A stretch of 56,381 bases of DNA, taken from Thermoflexaceae bacterium. Its GTDB lineage: Bacteria > Bacillota > Clostridia > Lachnospirales > Lachnospiraceae. The stretch is from the NCBI GenBank assembly GCA_029226085.1, contig JAQXXN010000006.1:1-56381 (forward strand). The letters are read 5' to 3'. The position numbers and the translations under genes are program-made. The first letter of the stretch is position 1; the number at the start of each line of letters is the position of its first letter. The notes beneath the pieces were generated by a model, which was given only the letters and a program-made list of their open reading frames with translations, was not told the origin of the DNA and did not search any database. Shown piece after piece: positions 1-10,503 of the stretch.

Positions 1-1377
1 CAGAACCACTGTCTCCACATGCACCGTATGCCCAAACTGATCCACCGCCTGCACCTTCTTAACCTCATACCCATTCTCCGCCAGATACTTCAAATCCCTT
101 GCCAGCGTGGCGCTGTCACAGCTTACATATACAACCCTTTGTGGCTGCATCTCCACAATGGTGTGAAGCAGAATCTCATCACAGCCTTTACGTGGCGGAT
201 CAACCACAATAACATCTGCCGTAGGTTTCACACCCGTATTCTTATATTCCCGTTCATAAAATTCCGGAAGGATTTCTTCCGCTTTTCCCACGAAAAATTC
301 TGCATTCTCAATTCCGTTTATTTTCGCATTATCCCTTGCATTTTCAATGGCCTGTGGAATAATTTCCACACCGTAAACCTTTTTGCATTTTTTCGCAAGG
401 AATAAAGAAATAGTACCGATACCACAGTATAAATCCCAGACAGTTTCATTGCCGGTCAGGTCTGCATATTCCAACGCCGTCTGATACAGCTTTTCCGTCT
501 GAACCGGATTCACCTGAAAAAAGGACAATGGAGATATCCTGTAACATACATCCCCGATGTAATCCTCAATATAAGTTTTTCCCCATAAGAGACGGACTTC
601 CTCACCCATGATTACATTTGTCTTATCTTTATTGATACAAATTGTAATGGATGTCATTCCATCCATGGAGCAAAGCTTTTCCACAAGCTTTTCCGAATAT
701 TTCAAACAATCTGCATTAATTACGACACATACCATGAGCTGACCGGTCTTAAACCCTTTTCGAATCAGGATGTGACGTACAACACCGGTATTGCTCTGCT
801 CATCATAAGGAGAGATATTATTTTCTTCCATAAATGCACGTATCTGCGAGAGAATCTTTTCATTTACCGGATCGCCAAGATAACATTCCTTTGTCTCAAT
901 AATCGAATGCGTCCTTCCGGCATAAAATCCCATGACAATTCTTCCGTCTTTACCTCTTCCCACCGGGAACTGTGCTTTATTACGATAATGCCATGGTTCC
1001 TCCATGCCGATAATCGGAGCCATTTCGTAGGTTCCCGGCAGAATTCCGCCCAGTCGTTTTAGATTACCACAAACCATCTTTTCCTTAAACCGAAGCTGGC
1101 TTTCATATGACATTTCCTGAATCTGGCAACCGCCACACTGCCTTGCAATAGGGCATCTCGCAGATACCCTGTCCTTTGACGGGGTAACCAGTGAAACAAG
1201 CCTGCCGTAACCAAAGTTTTTCTTTGCCTTAATCACCTTAACCCGGGCAACATCTCCCACAACCGTGTCCTTAACAAATAAGGTATAGCCATTATATTTG
1301 CCTATACCTTCACCGTTTGTACTGATATCTTCTATTGTAACCGTAACAACATCATTTTTTTCAATCTGCTTTTCCAT
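1..1377 (-). CDS. rlmD: 23S rRNA (uracil-5-)-methyltransferase, RumA/RlmD family (TRAM + SAM methyltransferase); 3' end runs off the window
   Basis: Absent from the ORF track because it has no in-window stop. My minus-strand translation from ATG 1377-1375 gives MEKQIEKNDVVTVTIEDISTNGEGIGKYNGYTLFVKDTVVGDVARVKV (TRAM), CPIARQCGGCQIQ (Fe-S cysteines) and WDLYCGIGTISLF (SAM motif). The frame stays open to position 1. Confidence 0.85.
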   Translation of the reverse strand, partial: MEKQIEKNDVVTVTIEDISTNGEGIGKYNGYTLFVKDTVVGDVARVKVIKAKKNFGYGRLVSLVTPSKDRVSARCPIARQCGGCQIQEMSYESQLRFKEKMVCGNLKRLGGILPGTYEMAPIIGMEEPWHYRNKAQFPVGRGKDGRIVMGFYAGRTHSIIETKECYLGDPVNEKILSQIRAFMEENNISPYDEQSNTGVVRHILIRKGFKTGQLMVCVVINADCLKYSEKLVEKLCSMDGMTSITICINKDKTNVIMGEEVRLLWGKTYIEDYIGDVCYRISPLSFFQVNPVQTEKLYQTALEYADLTGNETVWDLYCGIGTISLFLAKKCKKVYGVEIIPQAIENARDNAKINGIENAEFFVGKAEEILPEFYEREYKNTGVKPTADVIVVDPPRKGCDEILLHTIVEMQPQRVVYVSCDSATLARDLKYLAENGYEVKKVQAVDQFGHTVHVETVVL

Positions 1378-1433
1378 CTATATACTCTCAACAACCACTT
1401 TCCTGCTTTATTCTGGCTACATTATCCTTTTTC

Positions 1434-2375
1434 TTATTTACTGCTCTTGCGGATGTTACTCTCAAGCAGCCTGTTATAACCCAGCCAGTCATCACTGTCA
1501 CTTCCGTTAAAGATTTCCGTCACCTGCTCAATCTTGGCATCCAGATTATCTGCCATGCTAAGCACCAGTGCCTCGATTAACGCCGGCTTCTTTGGCGAGC
1601 CAAATTCAAACTCTCCATGGTGTGCAACAATGCAGTGCTTAATCTCTGATGCCAGCTTAACCGGAAAATCCGGAATATTCCTTAACTTTTCATCAACCAT
1701 CTCTACTCCCATGACAATATGACCAAGAAGCTGACCTTCATCCGTATAGTCATTTAACGGAAAGGCGGATAACTCCTTTGTCTTTCCAATATCATGAAGC
1801 AGTGCCGATAATACCAGCAAATCCTTATTCAGGATTGGGTAGAAATCTGCCAGTGTACTGCATAATTTTGCAACGGACAGTGTATGTTCCAGAAGTCCCC
1901 CTACAAAGCCATGATGAATGGATTTTGCTGCCGAACCGGACTTAAATTTCCTGATAAACTCTGCATCCTCTACAAAGAAACTTTCTGCAAGTTTCTTTAT
2001 GTATGGGTTCTGGAATGCCTTTATGTAGGCCATCAATTCCTCACACATTTCATTGATGTCACGGGAAGAAACCGGCAGATAGTCCTTCGGGTCATATTCC
2101 CCCTCTTCACACTTTCTTGCACGTTCAATGCTTAACTGCAGCGTACCGTTAAAAGTACTTAATCTTCCTGTAACTTCCACATAATCCATCGCCTCAAATT
2201 CATTGATTCCAAAAGAACCCGGATCCCAGATTTTGCCATCCAATGAACCTGTCTTATCCTGAAGGATAACATTTTCATATTCCTTCCCTGTCTTTGTCAT
2301 CGCCGTGGATTTCTGCTTGCACAAATAAACTGCCGTAATTCTGTCGCCATCTCTTAAGCTGTCAATATATCTCAT
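1434..2375 (-). CDS. yhaM: 3'-5' exoribonuclease YhaM-like (OB-fold + HD domain)
   Basis: 313-aa ORF. N-terminal OB-like segment (VILQDKTGSLDGKIW) and HD-domain motifs (LLEHTLSV, LLHDIGK, AHHGEFEFGSP). Confidence 0.8.
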   Translation of the reverse strand: MRYIDSLRDGDRITAVYLCKQKSTAMTKTGKEYENVILQDKTGSLDGKIWDPGSFGINEFEAMDYVEVTGRLSTFNGTLQLSIERARKCEEGEYDPKDYLPVSSRDINEMCEELMAYIKAFQNPYIKKLAESFFVEDAEFIRKFKSGSAAKSIHHGFVGGLLEHTLSVAKLCSTLADFYPILNKDLLVLSALLHDIGKTKELSAFPLNDYTDEGQLLGHIVMGVEMVDEKLRNIPDFPVKLASEIKHCIVAHHGEFEFGSPKKPALIEALVLSMADNLDAKIEQVTEIFNGSDSDDWLGYNRLLESNIRKSSK

Positions 2376-2386
2376 AATCCCTCCAA

Positions 2387-3655
2387 TTATTTCTCATCAA
2401 GTGTAATCACAAATTTAATCGGAACATAGCCGTCCTTACCGCGTCTGTTCACAATTATCGTAAGCTCCGTACCCGGTTCAAATTCACACATGGCACGTTC
2501 CAGATTGTATACATTTGCAATGGTTCTTCCGCCGATTTCCGTAATAATGTCACCATTCAGAATACCGGAATAATATACCGGTGAGTACGCTTCCATTGAT
2601 GATACATAAACGCCTTCCGGCATGCCGTATTCCTCTGCAAGCTCTTCCGTTACATCCTGTCCGATTACACCCAGATAACCAATTCCCTTTCTGTTGGTCA
2701 TGTTCTGAATTCGTATTTTTATGTCTGAAATCCCATAGGCAACAATATTACCGGCAGAATAACTGCTGCTGATATTTCCAATAAGCAGGCCTTCTTCGTT
2801 AAAGAGAAAACCTCTGCATTCTTTTGCCCCATTCATGTTCGTATAGATAAGCCCGTGTCTGGAATCTGCTTCATAAGCTACTTCCTTGGTACTTACCGCC
2901 AGACCAAAATCAACTGCTGACTTGATTCCATGGATATTTCCCATTGCAATAACCAGTTCTCCCTGCTTAAGCATATAAGAATTTCCCATCTGGACAATCT
3001 TAATACCCGCACTGGTCTCTGATGATATATCGGAATGTTCAACCGCTATCACTGCCACACTAAGAAGCTTATCCGCCATAACCAGTGATGCCTTTGCTTT
3101 TTCTCCATCCATAAATGTTACTTCAACGGCATCCACATCTTTAATTGCATAATCCGTAAGAATCAGATATTCCACTTCATTATCCGCAATAATGATTCCC
3201 GGAAAATCAATCTTATTCTGTACCGCTGAAAATAACGGGTCCTCATTCTTATGAATTGCCGTCACTGTTGTCATGCACGGTGAAAGCTCCGAAACAATAT
3301 CTGCCACAACATCATAAACCGTTTCTACTTTCTCTTTATTCGTTTCCTCTGTCGCAGATACGGTTTCCGTATTGGTTTTATCAACTGTTTCTTCCTGATT
3401 TTGCAGGACGCCGGAAGGAATCCCTCCCGGATATTCTTCCATAGGAAAAGTCACTTCATGCCGAACTTCCTCAGGAGCATCTTCCTTCTGATCAGCAAGA
3501 CGAACTACAACAATAAAGGCCATGGCAGCCATCACCCCGGCAAAAACCGCCAGAACGGCAATTTTGGCCAGATTAATCAGTTTCTTGTATTTCGTCCATG
3601 GTCTTATCTTTATTTTCTCAGTATAAAGATTATACTTGTCCTCATTCTCCGTCAT
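2387..3655 (-). CDS. Membrane-anchored HtrA-like (trypsin-fold + PDZ) protein; catalytic triad appears substituted
   Basis: 422-aa ORF with an N-terminal TM helix (IAVLAVFAGVMAAMAFIVVV). The body aligns by eye to HtrA/S1C, and the C-terminus is PDZ-like (GVYVSS...SGILNGDIITEIGGRTI). See the finding on triad loss. Confidence 0.65.
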   Translation of the reverse strand: MTENEDKYNLYTEKIKIRPWTKYKKLINLAKIAVLAVFAGVMAAMAFIVVVRLADQKEDAPEEVRHEVTFPMEEYPGGIPSGVLQNQEETVDKTNTETVSATEETNKEKVETVYDVVADIVSELSPCMTTVTAIHKNEDPLFSAVQNKIDFPGIIIADNEVEYLILTDYAIKDVDAVEVTFMDGEKAKASLVMADKLLSVAVIAVEHSDISSETSAGIKIVQMGNSYMLKQGELVIAMGNIHGIKSAVDFGLAVSTKEVAYEADSRHGLIYTNMNGAKECRGFLFNEEGLLIGNISSSYSAGNIVAYGISDIKIRIQNMTNRKGIGYLGVIGQDVTEELAEEYGMPEGVYVSSMEAYSPVYYSGILNGDIITEIGGRTIANVYNLERAMCEFEPGTELTIIVNRRGKDGYVPIKFVITLDEK

Positions 3656-3835
3656 ATATACACCTCACATAATGATGTGATTATAAAACTTAAATATGAA
3701 CATTCTATTACTAACTTGTAAATTATACACTATAAATACTCTTTTACACAATACCAAGGTTTCCACATTTAATTCTTGTTTTAGCTTTATAAATAATGTA
3801 AAATTAGGATGTATTATTTTAGGAAGGAATTTATC

Positions 3836-6208
3836 ATGAACAAAAAGTCTCTAAAAATATTAGAGTTTAATAAAATCACGGACCGGCTGGAAACCTATGC
3901 GTCCTCTGACGAAGGCAGGGAATTATGCCAAAACCTTGTTCCCATGACCGATTTATCTGAAATTAACGATGCATTGGAACAGACCAATGATGCCTTAAGC
4001 AGAATATATGCCCGGGGAAGTCTGTCCTTTTCCGGCACCAGAAACATCGGTCCATCCATAAAACGTCTGGAAGTAGGCAGTACCTTATCCATAACGGAAC
4101 TTCTTGCAATCAGTTCTACCCTGGATGTGGTCTCCCGTGTAAAATCCTATTCCCGGGCAGATGATGACAATACCGAGGGAACTGATTCCTTAAGCCCCCT
4201 TTTCGATATGCTGGAACCGCTTTTCCCACTGAACTCGGAAATCAAACGATGTATCATTTCCGAAGAAGAAATCAGTGATGAAGCCAGCAGCACCTTAAAG
4301 AACATCCGCCGCCAGATTAAGAATACCAATGACCGGATTCATACAGAGCTTACTTCCATCATCAGTTCTCAATCCATGCGGACCTATCTTCAGGAAGGCG
4401 TCATTACAACAAGAAACGGCCGTTATTGTGTTCCCGTAAAGGCTGAATACAAATCCCAGGTACAGGGCATGGTTCACGACCAGTCTTCAACCGGTTCCAC
4501 ATTTTTCATTGAGCCCATGTCCATTGTACGCCTTAACAATGAGTTGAAAGAACTGTATTTAAAGGAAAAAGAAGAAATTGAAGTAATTCTTGCAGCCTTA
4601 AGCGAGCTTGCTTCCCAGAATGCTTCCCAGCTGATGACGGATTTAAAGACTCTGACACGTCTTGATTTTATATTTGCCAAGGGTTCCTATGCCAAAGCAC
4701 TGAACTGCTCCAGACCGGTCATGAATACAGACGGATACATTAACATAAAAAAGGGACGGCATCCGCTGATTGATGCAAAGAAAATTGTTCCCATTGATGT
4801 ATCCCTCGGAGGAGAATTTGATACCCTGATTATTACAGGCCCGAATACCGGTGGTAAAACCGTCACCTTAAAAACCGTTGGGCTTTTAACCATCATGGGG
4901 CAGGCAGGATTAAATATCCCGGCATTTGAGAATTCACAGCTATCCGTTTTTGAAGAAATTTTTGCGGATATCGGTGATGAACAAAGCATTGAACAGAGTC
5001 TCAGCACTTTTTCCTCACATATGACCAATATTGTTAATATCCTGAATCATGCAGACAACAGATCCCTGGTTCTTTTTGATGAATTATGTGCCGGAACCGA
5101 CCCGACAGAGGGTGCTGCCCTTGCCATTGCCATTATTGACGAGCTTCACAAGAAGAAAATCCGCACCATGGCAACCACCCATTACAGTGAAATCAAGCTG
5201 TTTGCTTTATCCGAACCGGGTGTTGCCAATGCCTGCTGTGAATTTGACGTAGAGACATTAAGTCCGACCTACCGCTTATTAATCGGTATTCCGGGAAAAA
5301 GTAATGCATTTGCCATTTCCGGAAAACTTGGTCTGAAAAAAGAAATTATCGATGCTGCTGCCTGCCGTATCGGTTCTGATGATAAGGCATTCGAGGATTT
5401 AATCTCCGATTTGGAAGCCAGCCGTGTAACCATCGAAAAAGAACGTGAAGAAATACAGGCATACAAAAGAGAAATCGAAGACCTGAAGAACCGGCTGAAG
5501 GAAAAAAATGACCGGATTGAGGAACGCCGTGATAAAATCATAAAAGACGCCAATGAAAAAGCTGCCGCCATCTTAAGAGAGGCCAAGGAATATGCCGATG
5601 AAGCAATCCGCACATTTAACAGGCACGGCATTACCGCAAAGGAAATGGAAGAACAACGCAATAAAATCCGGGAAAAGAAAGAAAAGTCCGAAGCACGCCT
5701 TGCCTTAAAAAACACACAGAAATCTTCCAAAAAACATGCCGCATCTGATTTTACCATCGGAACCCGCGTAAAAGTGCTGTCACTGAACCTTGAAGGCACC
5801 GTCAGCACCCTTCCCAATGCCAAAGGAGATTTATTTGTGCAGATGGGAATTCTTCGTTCACAGGTCAACATAAAGGATTTAGACATTATTGAGGAATCCT
5901 CTTCTGACATTTCCTCAAATCCAAAGACCGGTGCAGGAAAAATCAAAATAACCAAGACCATGTCCATTTCACCGGAAATCAATCTCATTGGTTTAACGGT
6001 GGATGAAGCGATGTCCGAGCTTGATAAATATCTGGATGATGCTTATTTATCCAAAATTCCTCAGGTACGCATCGTACACGGCAAGGGAACGGGCGCATTA
6101 AGAAATGCAGTTCACAGCAAACTCAAACGCACTTCTTATGTCAAAAATTTCCGGCTGGGAGTTTTTGGCGAGGGAGAAAGCGGTGTAACAATTGTAGAAT
6201 TCAAATAG
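3836..6208 (+). CDS. mutS2: Endonuclease MutS2 (MutS domain V ATPase + C-terminal Smr)
   Basis: Walker A GPNTGGKT, Walker B LVLFDELCAGTDPTEG, coiled-coil linker and Smr tail VRIVHGKGTGALR. I moved the start to ATG 3836 (MNKKSLKILEF), which lies behind AGGAAGG; the track ORF starts at 3809. Confidence 0.92.
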   Translation: MNKKSLKILEFNKITDRLETYASSDEGRELCQNLVPMTDLSEINDALEQTNDALSRIYARGSLSFSGTRNIGPSIKRLEVGSTLSITELLAISSTLDVVSRVKSYSRADDDNTEGTDSLSPLFDMLEPLFPLNSEIKRCIISEEEISDEASSTLKNIRRQIKNTNDRIHTELTSIISSQSMRTYLQEGVITTRNGRYCVPVKAEYKSQVQGMVHDQSSTGSTFFIEPMSIVRLNNELKELYLKEKEEIEVILAALSELASQNASQLMTDLKTLTRLDFIFAKGSYAKALNCSRPVMNTDGYINIKKGRHPLIDAKKIVPIDVSLGGEFDTLIITGPNTGGKTVTLKTVGLLTIMGQAGLNIPAFENSQLSVFEEIFADIGDEQSIEQSLSTFSSHMTNIVNILNHADNRSLVLFDELCAGTDPTEGAALAIAIIDELHKKKIRTMATTHYSEIKLFALSEPGVANACCEFDVETLSPTYRLLIGIPGKSNAFAISGKLGLKKEIIDAAACRIGSDDKAFEDLISDLEASRVTIEKEREEIQAYKREIEDLKNRLKEKNDRIEERRDKIIKDANEKAAAILREAKEYADEAIRTFNRHGITAKEMEEQRNKIREKKEKSEARLALKNTQKSSKKHAASDFTIGTRVKVLSLNLEGTVSTLPNAKGDLFVQMGILRSQVNIKDLDIIEESSSDISSNPKTGAGKIKITKTMSISPEINLIGLTVDEAMSELDKYLDDAYLSKIPQVRIVHGKGTGALRNAVHSKLKRTSYVKNFRLGVFGEGESGVTIVEFK

Positions 6209-6220
6209 GAGGTAAAAGAC

Positions 6221-6919
6221 ATGGCAGCCAAACAGAAAATTTTAATCGTAGATGATGATAACAACATTGCAGAATTAATCTCCCTTTATCTCACAAAGGA
6301 ATGTTTTGATACAGAAATTGTAAATGACGGAGAAAGCGCATTGACTGAAGCTATCGTGTTCCAGCCAAATCTGATTCTTTTAGACCTTATGCTTCCGGGC
6401 ATGGACGGCTATCAGGTATGCCGTGAAATCCGCAAGGATTCCAATGTCCCGATTATCATGCTTTCGGCAAAAGGCGAAACCTTTGACAAGGTATTGGGAC
6501 TTGAACTTGGAGCAGATGATTATATCATCAAACCATTTGATTCCAAGGAACTTGTAGCAAGGGTCAAGGCAGTTCTTCGCCGTTACCAGCCGGTTGTTGC
6601 CGCAAATGAGGATAAATCAAACTATGTGGAATATCCTGACCTTACCATAAACCTTTCCAATTATTCGGTAGTTTATAAGGGGAAGAATATCGACATGCCT
6701 CCGAAGGAACTGGAACTTTTGTTTTTCCTTGCTTCCTCTCCTAACCAGGTATTTACCCGGGAACAGCTTCTGGATCACATCTGGGGATATGAATACATGG
6801 GGGATACCCGTACGGTTGATGTACACGTCAAACGTGTCCGCGAAAAGATTCACGACCATGAGACGTGGAATCTGTCAACGGGCTGGGGAATCGGTTACAA
6901 ATTTGAAGTCCGAAAATAA
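6221..6919 (+). CDS. OmpR/PhoB-family response regulator
   Basis: Receiver domain (KILIVDDD, DLMLPGMDG, MLSAKG) plus a winged-helix output (RTVDVHVKRVREKI). It is followed 20 nt later by a histidine kinase. Confidence 0.9.
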   Translation: MAAKQKILIVDDDNNIAELISLYLTKECFDTEIVNDGESALTEAIVFQPNLILLDLMLPGMDGYQVCREIRKDSNVPIIMLSAKGETFDKVLGLELGADDYIIKPFDSKELVARVKAVLRRYQPVVAANEDKSNYVEYPDLTINLSNYSVVYKGKNIDMPPKELELLFFLASSPNQVFTREQLLDHIWGYEYMGDTRTVDVHVKRVREKIHDHETWNLSTGWGIGYKFEVRK

Positions 6920-6939
6920 TCTGTCAGGAGTGAAATAAG

Positions 6940-8355
6940 ATGCGCAGTACCATTTTAAACAAATTCATATTTACATATGTTATTATCATGACTCTTGGCT
7001 TTTTCGGTGTTGCCATCATTTCCTACCGCATGGACTATAACAAGACCATTTCCCTGGCGGCAGATGACATGTATAATCAGGCTGTTACCATTGCAGACGG
7101 CTATGCTTCCCATTATTATTCCGGAACATCTGCCATTGATAATCTGAATATGGAATTGTCCACGCTTGCCGCATATAATGACACGGTAATCATGCTGCTC
7201 AACAACAAAGGAGAAATCATTCTTGATACTTACCAGACTGTGGACCCTGCCAATCCCATTCCGATTGATGATTTTGACCCTGCACGTACCGGAAACAAGA
7301 AATACCTGATTAGTAATTTTCACGACTATTTCGAGGAAGACTATGTGACTGTAATGGCTCCGGTATCCTTTAACCTGGCCATCCGCGGATATGTATTAAT
7401 CCACAAATCCGTCTCTTCCATAAAGAATGACCTTACACCAATTTTTAACACCAATTACTTTACCCTTGTAATGTGCATGGTTCTGTCTTCCATCTTTATC
7501 TTTATGGTATATATGGAAGTTCACAAGCCAATTAATGAAATAACACATGCCGTAAAGGAATTCGGACATGGTAATCTGAAATATCAGTTAAAAGAATACA
7601 ATGATGATGAAATCGGCCGTCTGGCTGCTTCCTTAAATTACATGTCAGGGCAGCTAAACGAACTGGAAGAATCCCAGAAGAAATTCATCGCAAACGTATC
7701 CCATGATTTCCGTTCTCCTCTTACATCCATCAAGGGGTATCTGGAGGCCATCCTGGACGGAACAATTCCCCATGAGATGCAGGATAAATATCTTAATATC
7801 GTTATTTTCGAAACAGAACGGCTCAGTAAATTAACCAATAATCTTCTGACCTTAAATAACATTGATTCCAAAAAGAACCGGCTCAACATGGAACCGTTTG
7901 ACATTAATCTGGTCATAAAAAGAATCATTGAGACTTTTGAAGGTACATGTAAAAGCAAAGAAATCAAATTTGACCTGACCTTTTCTGATAAATCCATTAT
8001 TGTCAATGCCGATTTGGAAAAAATCAGTCAGGTGCTCTATAATCTGGTTGATAATGCCATCAAGTTCAGCCACCATAACTCGACTATTTATATTCAGGTA
8101 AACGAGCGTGGTGAAAAAGTTTTTATCTCTGTAAAGGATACCGGTATCGGCATTCCAAAGGAGTCCATCAGTAAAATATGGGAACGCTTCTTCAAGACCG
8201 ACCTGTCCCGTGGTAAGGACAAAAAAGGAACAGGCCTTGGCCTGTCCATTGTAAAAGAAATCATTAATGCCCATCAGGAAAATATTGATGTCATAAGTAC
8301 CGAAGGTGTCGGTACGGAATTTACCTTTTCCCTTACCAAATATGTGGAAAAATAA
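6940..8355 (+). CDS. Sensor histidine kinase (2 TM, HAMP, HisKA, HATPase_c)
   Basis: H-box SHDFRSPLTSI, N-box LVDNAIKFS, G-boxes DTGIGI and GTGLGLSIV, two hydrophobic segments and a HAMP-like linker. Confidence 0.9.
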   Translation: MRSTILNKFIFTYVIIMTLGFFGVAIISYRMDYNKTISLAADDMYNQAVTIADGYASHYYSGTSAIDNLNMELSTLAAYNDTVIMLLNNKGEIILDTYQTVDPANPIPIDDFDPARTGNKKYLISNFHDYFEEDYVTVMAPVSFNLAIRGYVLIHKSVSSIKNDLTPIFNTNYFTLVMCMVLSSIFIFMVYMEVHKPINEITHAVKEFGHGNLKYQLKEYNDDEIGRLAASLNYMSGQLNELEESQKKFIANVSHDFRSPLTSIKGYLEAILDGTIPHEMQDKYLNIVIFETERLSKLTNNLLTLNNIDSKKNRLNMEPFDINLVIKRIIETFEGTCKSKEIKFDLTFSDKSIIVNADLEKISQVLYNLVDNAIKFSHHNSTIYIQVNERGEKVFISVKDTGIGIPKESISKIWERFFKTDLSRGKDKKGTGLGLSIVKEIINAHQENIDVISTEGVGTEFTFSLTKYVEK

Positions 8356-8357
8356 TC

Positions 8358-8852
8358 TTACTTCCACTCGTATCTGGTAAGGTGTCCCTGAAGGTTCATA
8401 TCCTCAAAATTATTCTGACGCAGTGCTTCATATAATACAATTGCCACAGAATTGGAAAGATTCAGTGAACGGATATCACCCACCATGGGAATCCGCACAC
8501 ACCTTTCCTGATTTTCCAGAAGAATATTCTCCGGAATTCCTGCGCTTTCCTTTCCGAACATAATATAGCAGTCCGGCTCATAATTTACATGGGTATACGC
8601 TTTGAGTGCCTTCGTCGTTGCCATGTATACCTTCGCACCCGGATTTTTCTCCAAAAAATCCTCATAGTTATCATAAACCATAACATCCAGCTTGTCCCAA
8701 TAATCCAGCCCCGCTCTTTTTAACATCTTGTCATTAATCTGAAAACCTAACGGCTCAATTAAATGAAGCCTCGTATTGGTGGCAACACACGTTCTCCCTA
8801 TATTTCCCGTATTCGCCGGCATTTCCGGCTCTAGCAAAACAATATTCAGCAT
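8358..8852 (-). CDS. trmL: tRNA (cytidine/uridine-34 2'-O)-methyltransferase TrmL (SpoU/TrmH family)
   Basis: 164 aa. The sequence LLEPEMPANTGNIGRTC...IRSLNLSNSVAIVLYEA is typical of TrmL/YibK. Confidence 0.85.
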   Translation of the reverse strand: MLNIVLLEPEMPANTGNIGRTCVATNTRLHLIEPLGFQINDKMLKRAGLDYWDKLDVMVYDNYEDFLEKNPGAKVYMATTKALKAYTHVNYEPDCYIMFGKESAGIPENILLENQERCVRIPMVGDIRSLNLSNSVAIVLYEALRQNNFEDMNLQGHLTRYEWK

Positions 8853-8853
8853 A

Positions 8854-9324
8854 TTACTCCTGTTTTAACGCAATATCCAGTTCTACATATTTTCCATCTG
8901 CATAAGCAAGCGGAATACAGATATTTCTGGCATATGATGTTGTGATTGACATTGTTCCCCTGCAAAGAGAAGGCGGCGTAATATCTATTCCAATTCCCTT
9001 CGTAGAAAGAATCGTTGCCGCATTGCCAAGAATCATGTTACCCAGCTCACTGATTGCACTCATTGAAAGCTCATTCATTTCTGATATGGGCATCATAATC
9101 ATCTTTGATGCAATATCACATGCAACAGGAAGAGAAAACGCAATAAGAACCTGCCCTCTCATCTCCCCTGTAACACCAATCATGGTTATAACGGAATCCT
9201 CATCAAACTCCGTTGTCTTAACATATGGTTTTCCAATCTTAACATCCAGCTGGCACATATCATGCAAAATGCTGGTTGCCGCCATCAAAAATGGATTAAT
9301 GAATTCTACGTTCATCTCTGCCAT
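8854..9324 (-). CDS. cheX: CheX-like chemotaxis phosphatase family protein
   Basis: 156 aa. The N-terminus FINPFL and the core SAISELGNMILGNAA...GIDITPP match the CheX/CheC signature (ELGNM...DITPP). Confidence 0.8.
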   Translation of the reverse strand: MAEMNVEFINPFLMAATSILHDMCQLDVKIGKPYVKTTEFDEDSVITMIGVTGEMRGQVLIAFSLPVACDIASKMIMMPISEMNELSMSAISELGNMILGNAATILSTKGIGIDITPPSLCRGTMSITTSYARNICIPLAYADGKYVELDIALKQE

Positions 9325-9336
9325 GTGTTATCCTCC

Positions 9337-10503
9337 TTAATTTACCGTTTCTAATCTCTTAACAAAAGCAGCCAGTCTCTCTATTGCTATCTTTAAATTA
9401 TCAATGGAGTATGCGTATGAAATCCTCAGAAATCCTTCTCCACAATCTCCAAAAGCCGTTCCCGGAACAACCGCAACCTTTTCCTCATTCAACAGGCGGG
9501 TTGCAAATTCATCAGAAGTCATTCCGAACTTCTTGATACTCGGAAATACATAAAATGCCCCATACGGCTCAAAGCAATCAAGCCCCATTTCCTTAAAAGC
9601 ATTCAAAAGAAATCTTCTTCTCTGGTTGTAAGCCTCAACCATTTTCTCTACTTCTTCATCGCAGTTCTTCAATGCTTCCACGGCAGCAAACTGACTGTTT
9701 GTCGGCGCACACATGATGGCAAACTGATGAATCTTAACCATCTGCTTAATAATTGCTTCCGGTCCAGCAGCATATCCAAGTCTCCATCCGGTCATTGCAA
9801 ATGCCTTGGAAAACCCGTTAATAACAATGGTACGCTCTGCCATTCCCGGTATGCTTGCAATGGAAACATGCTTTCCCTGATAAGTCAGCTCCGAATAAAT
9901 TTCATCAGAAATTACGAAAATATCTTTTTCAATAATAACCTTTGCAATTTCCTCCAGATCCTCTCTATCCATTATAGCACCAGTTGGGTTATTTGGAAAC
10001 GGCAAAATCAAAACCTTTGTCTTATCCGTTATGGCATCCCTTAATTCCCCGGCAGTCAGCCGGAACTGATTTTCTTCCTTCAGATTAATAATAACCGGCT
10101 TTGCATCCGCCAGTATGGCACATGGCAGATATGAAACATAACTTGGCTGCGGAATAATTACTTCTTCGCCCGGATTAATCATTGCTCTTAACCCGATATC
10201 GATAGCTTCACTTCCTCCAACCGTAACCAGAATCTGGTTCATATGATAATTCAAGTCATATTTTCTTTTAAGATATGTACAGATTTCTTCCCTTAATTCC
10301 TTAAGCCCGGCGTTGGACGTATAGAACGTACGACCCTTTTCCAGCGAATAAATACCCTCTTCCCGTATTCTCCATGGAGTATCAAAGTCCGGTTCGCCCA
10401 CGCCCAGGGAAATGGCATCCTTCATTTCATTTACAATATCAAAAAACTTCCGGATACCCGATGGCTGAATCGCCACTACCTTATCTGACAATGGATTTCT
10501 CAT
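9337..10503 (-). CDS. Class I/II PLP-dependent aminotransferase (aspartate/aromatic type)
   Basis: 388 aa. PLP-lysine region FSKAFAMTGWRLGY and the NPTG motif. The start overlaps the upstream Lrp stop (ATGA). Confidence 0.85.
   Translation of the reverse strand: MRNPLSDKVVAIQPSGIRKFFDIVNEMKDAISLGVGEPDFDTPWRIREEGIYSLEKGRTFYTSNAGLKELREEICTYLKRKYDLNYHMNQILVTVGGSEAIDIGLRAMINPGEEVIIPQPSYVSYLPCAILADAKPVIINLKEENQFRLTAGELRDAITDKTKVLILPFPNNPTGAIMDREDLEEIAKVIIEKDIFVISDEIYSELTYQGKHVSIASIPGMAERTIVINGFSKAFAMTGWRLGYAAGPEAIIKQMVKIHQFAIMCAPTNSQFAAVEALKNCDEEVEKMVEAYNQRRRFLLNAFKEMGLDCFEPYGAFYVFPSIKKFGMTSDEFATRLLNEEKVAVVPGTAFGDCGEGFLRISYAYSIDNLKIAIERLAAFVKRLETVN

Noticed and set aside
5269-5988. 239-aa antisense ORF inside mutS2, plus many 60-170-aa antisense ORFs inside other long genes
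   Set aside because: They lie opposite well-supported genes, have Ser/Arg/Phe-rich low-complexity composition, and lack SDs. These are the typical shadow ORFs of an AT-rich genome.
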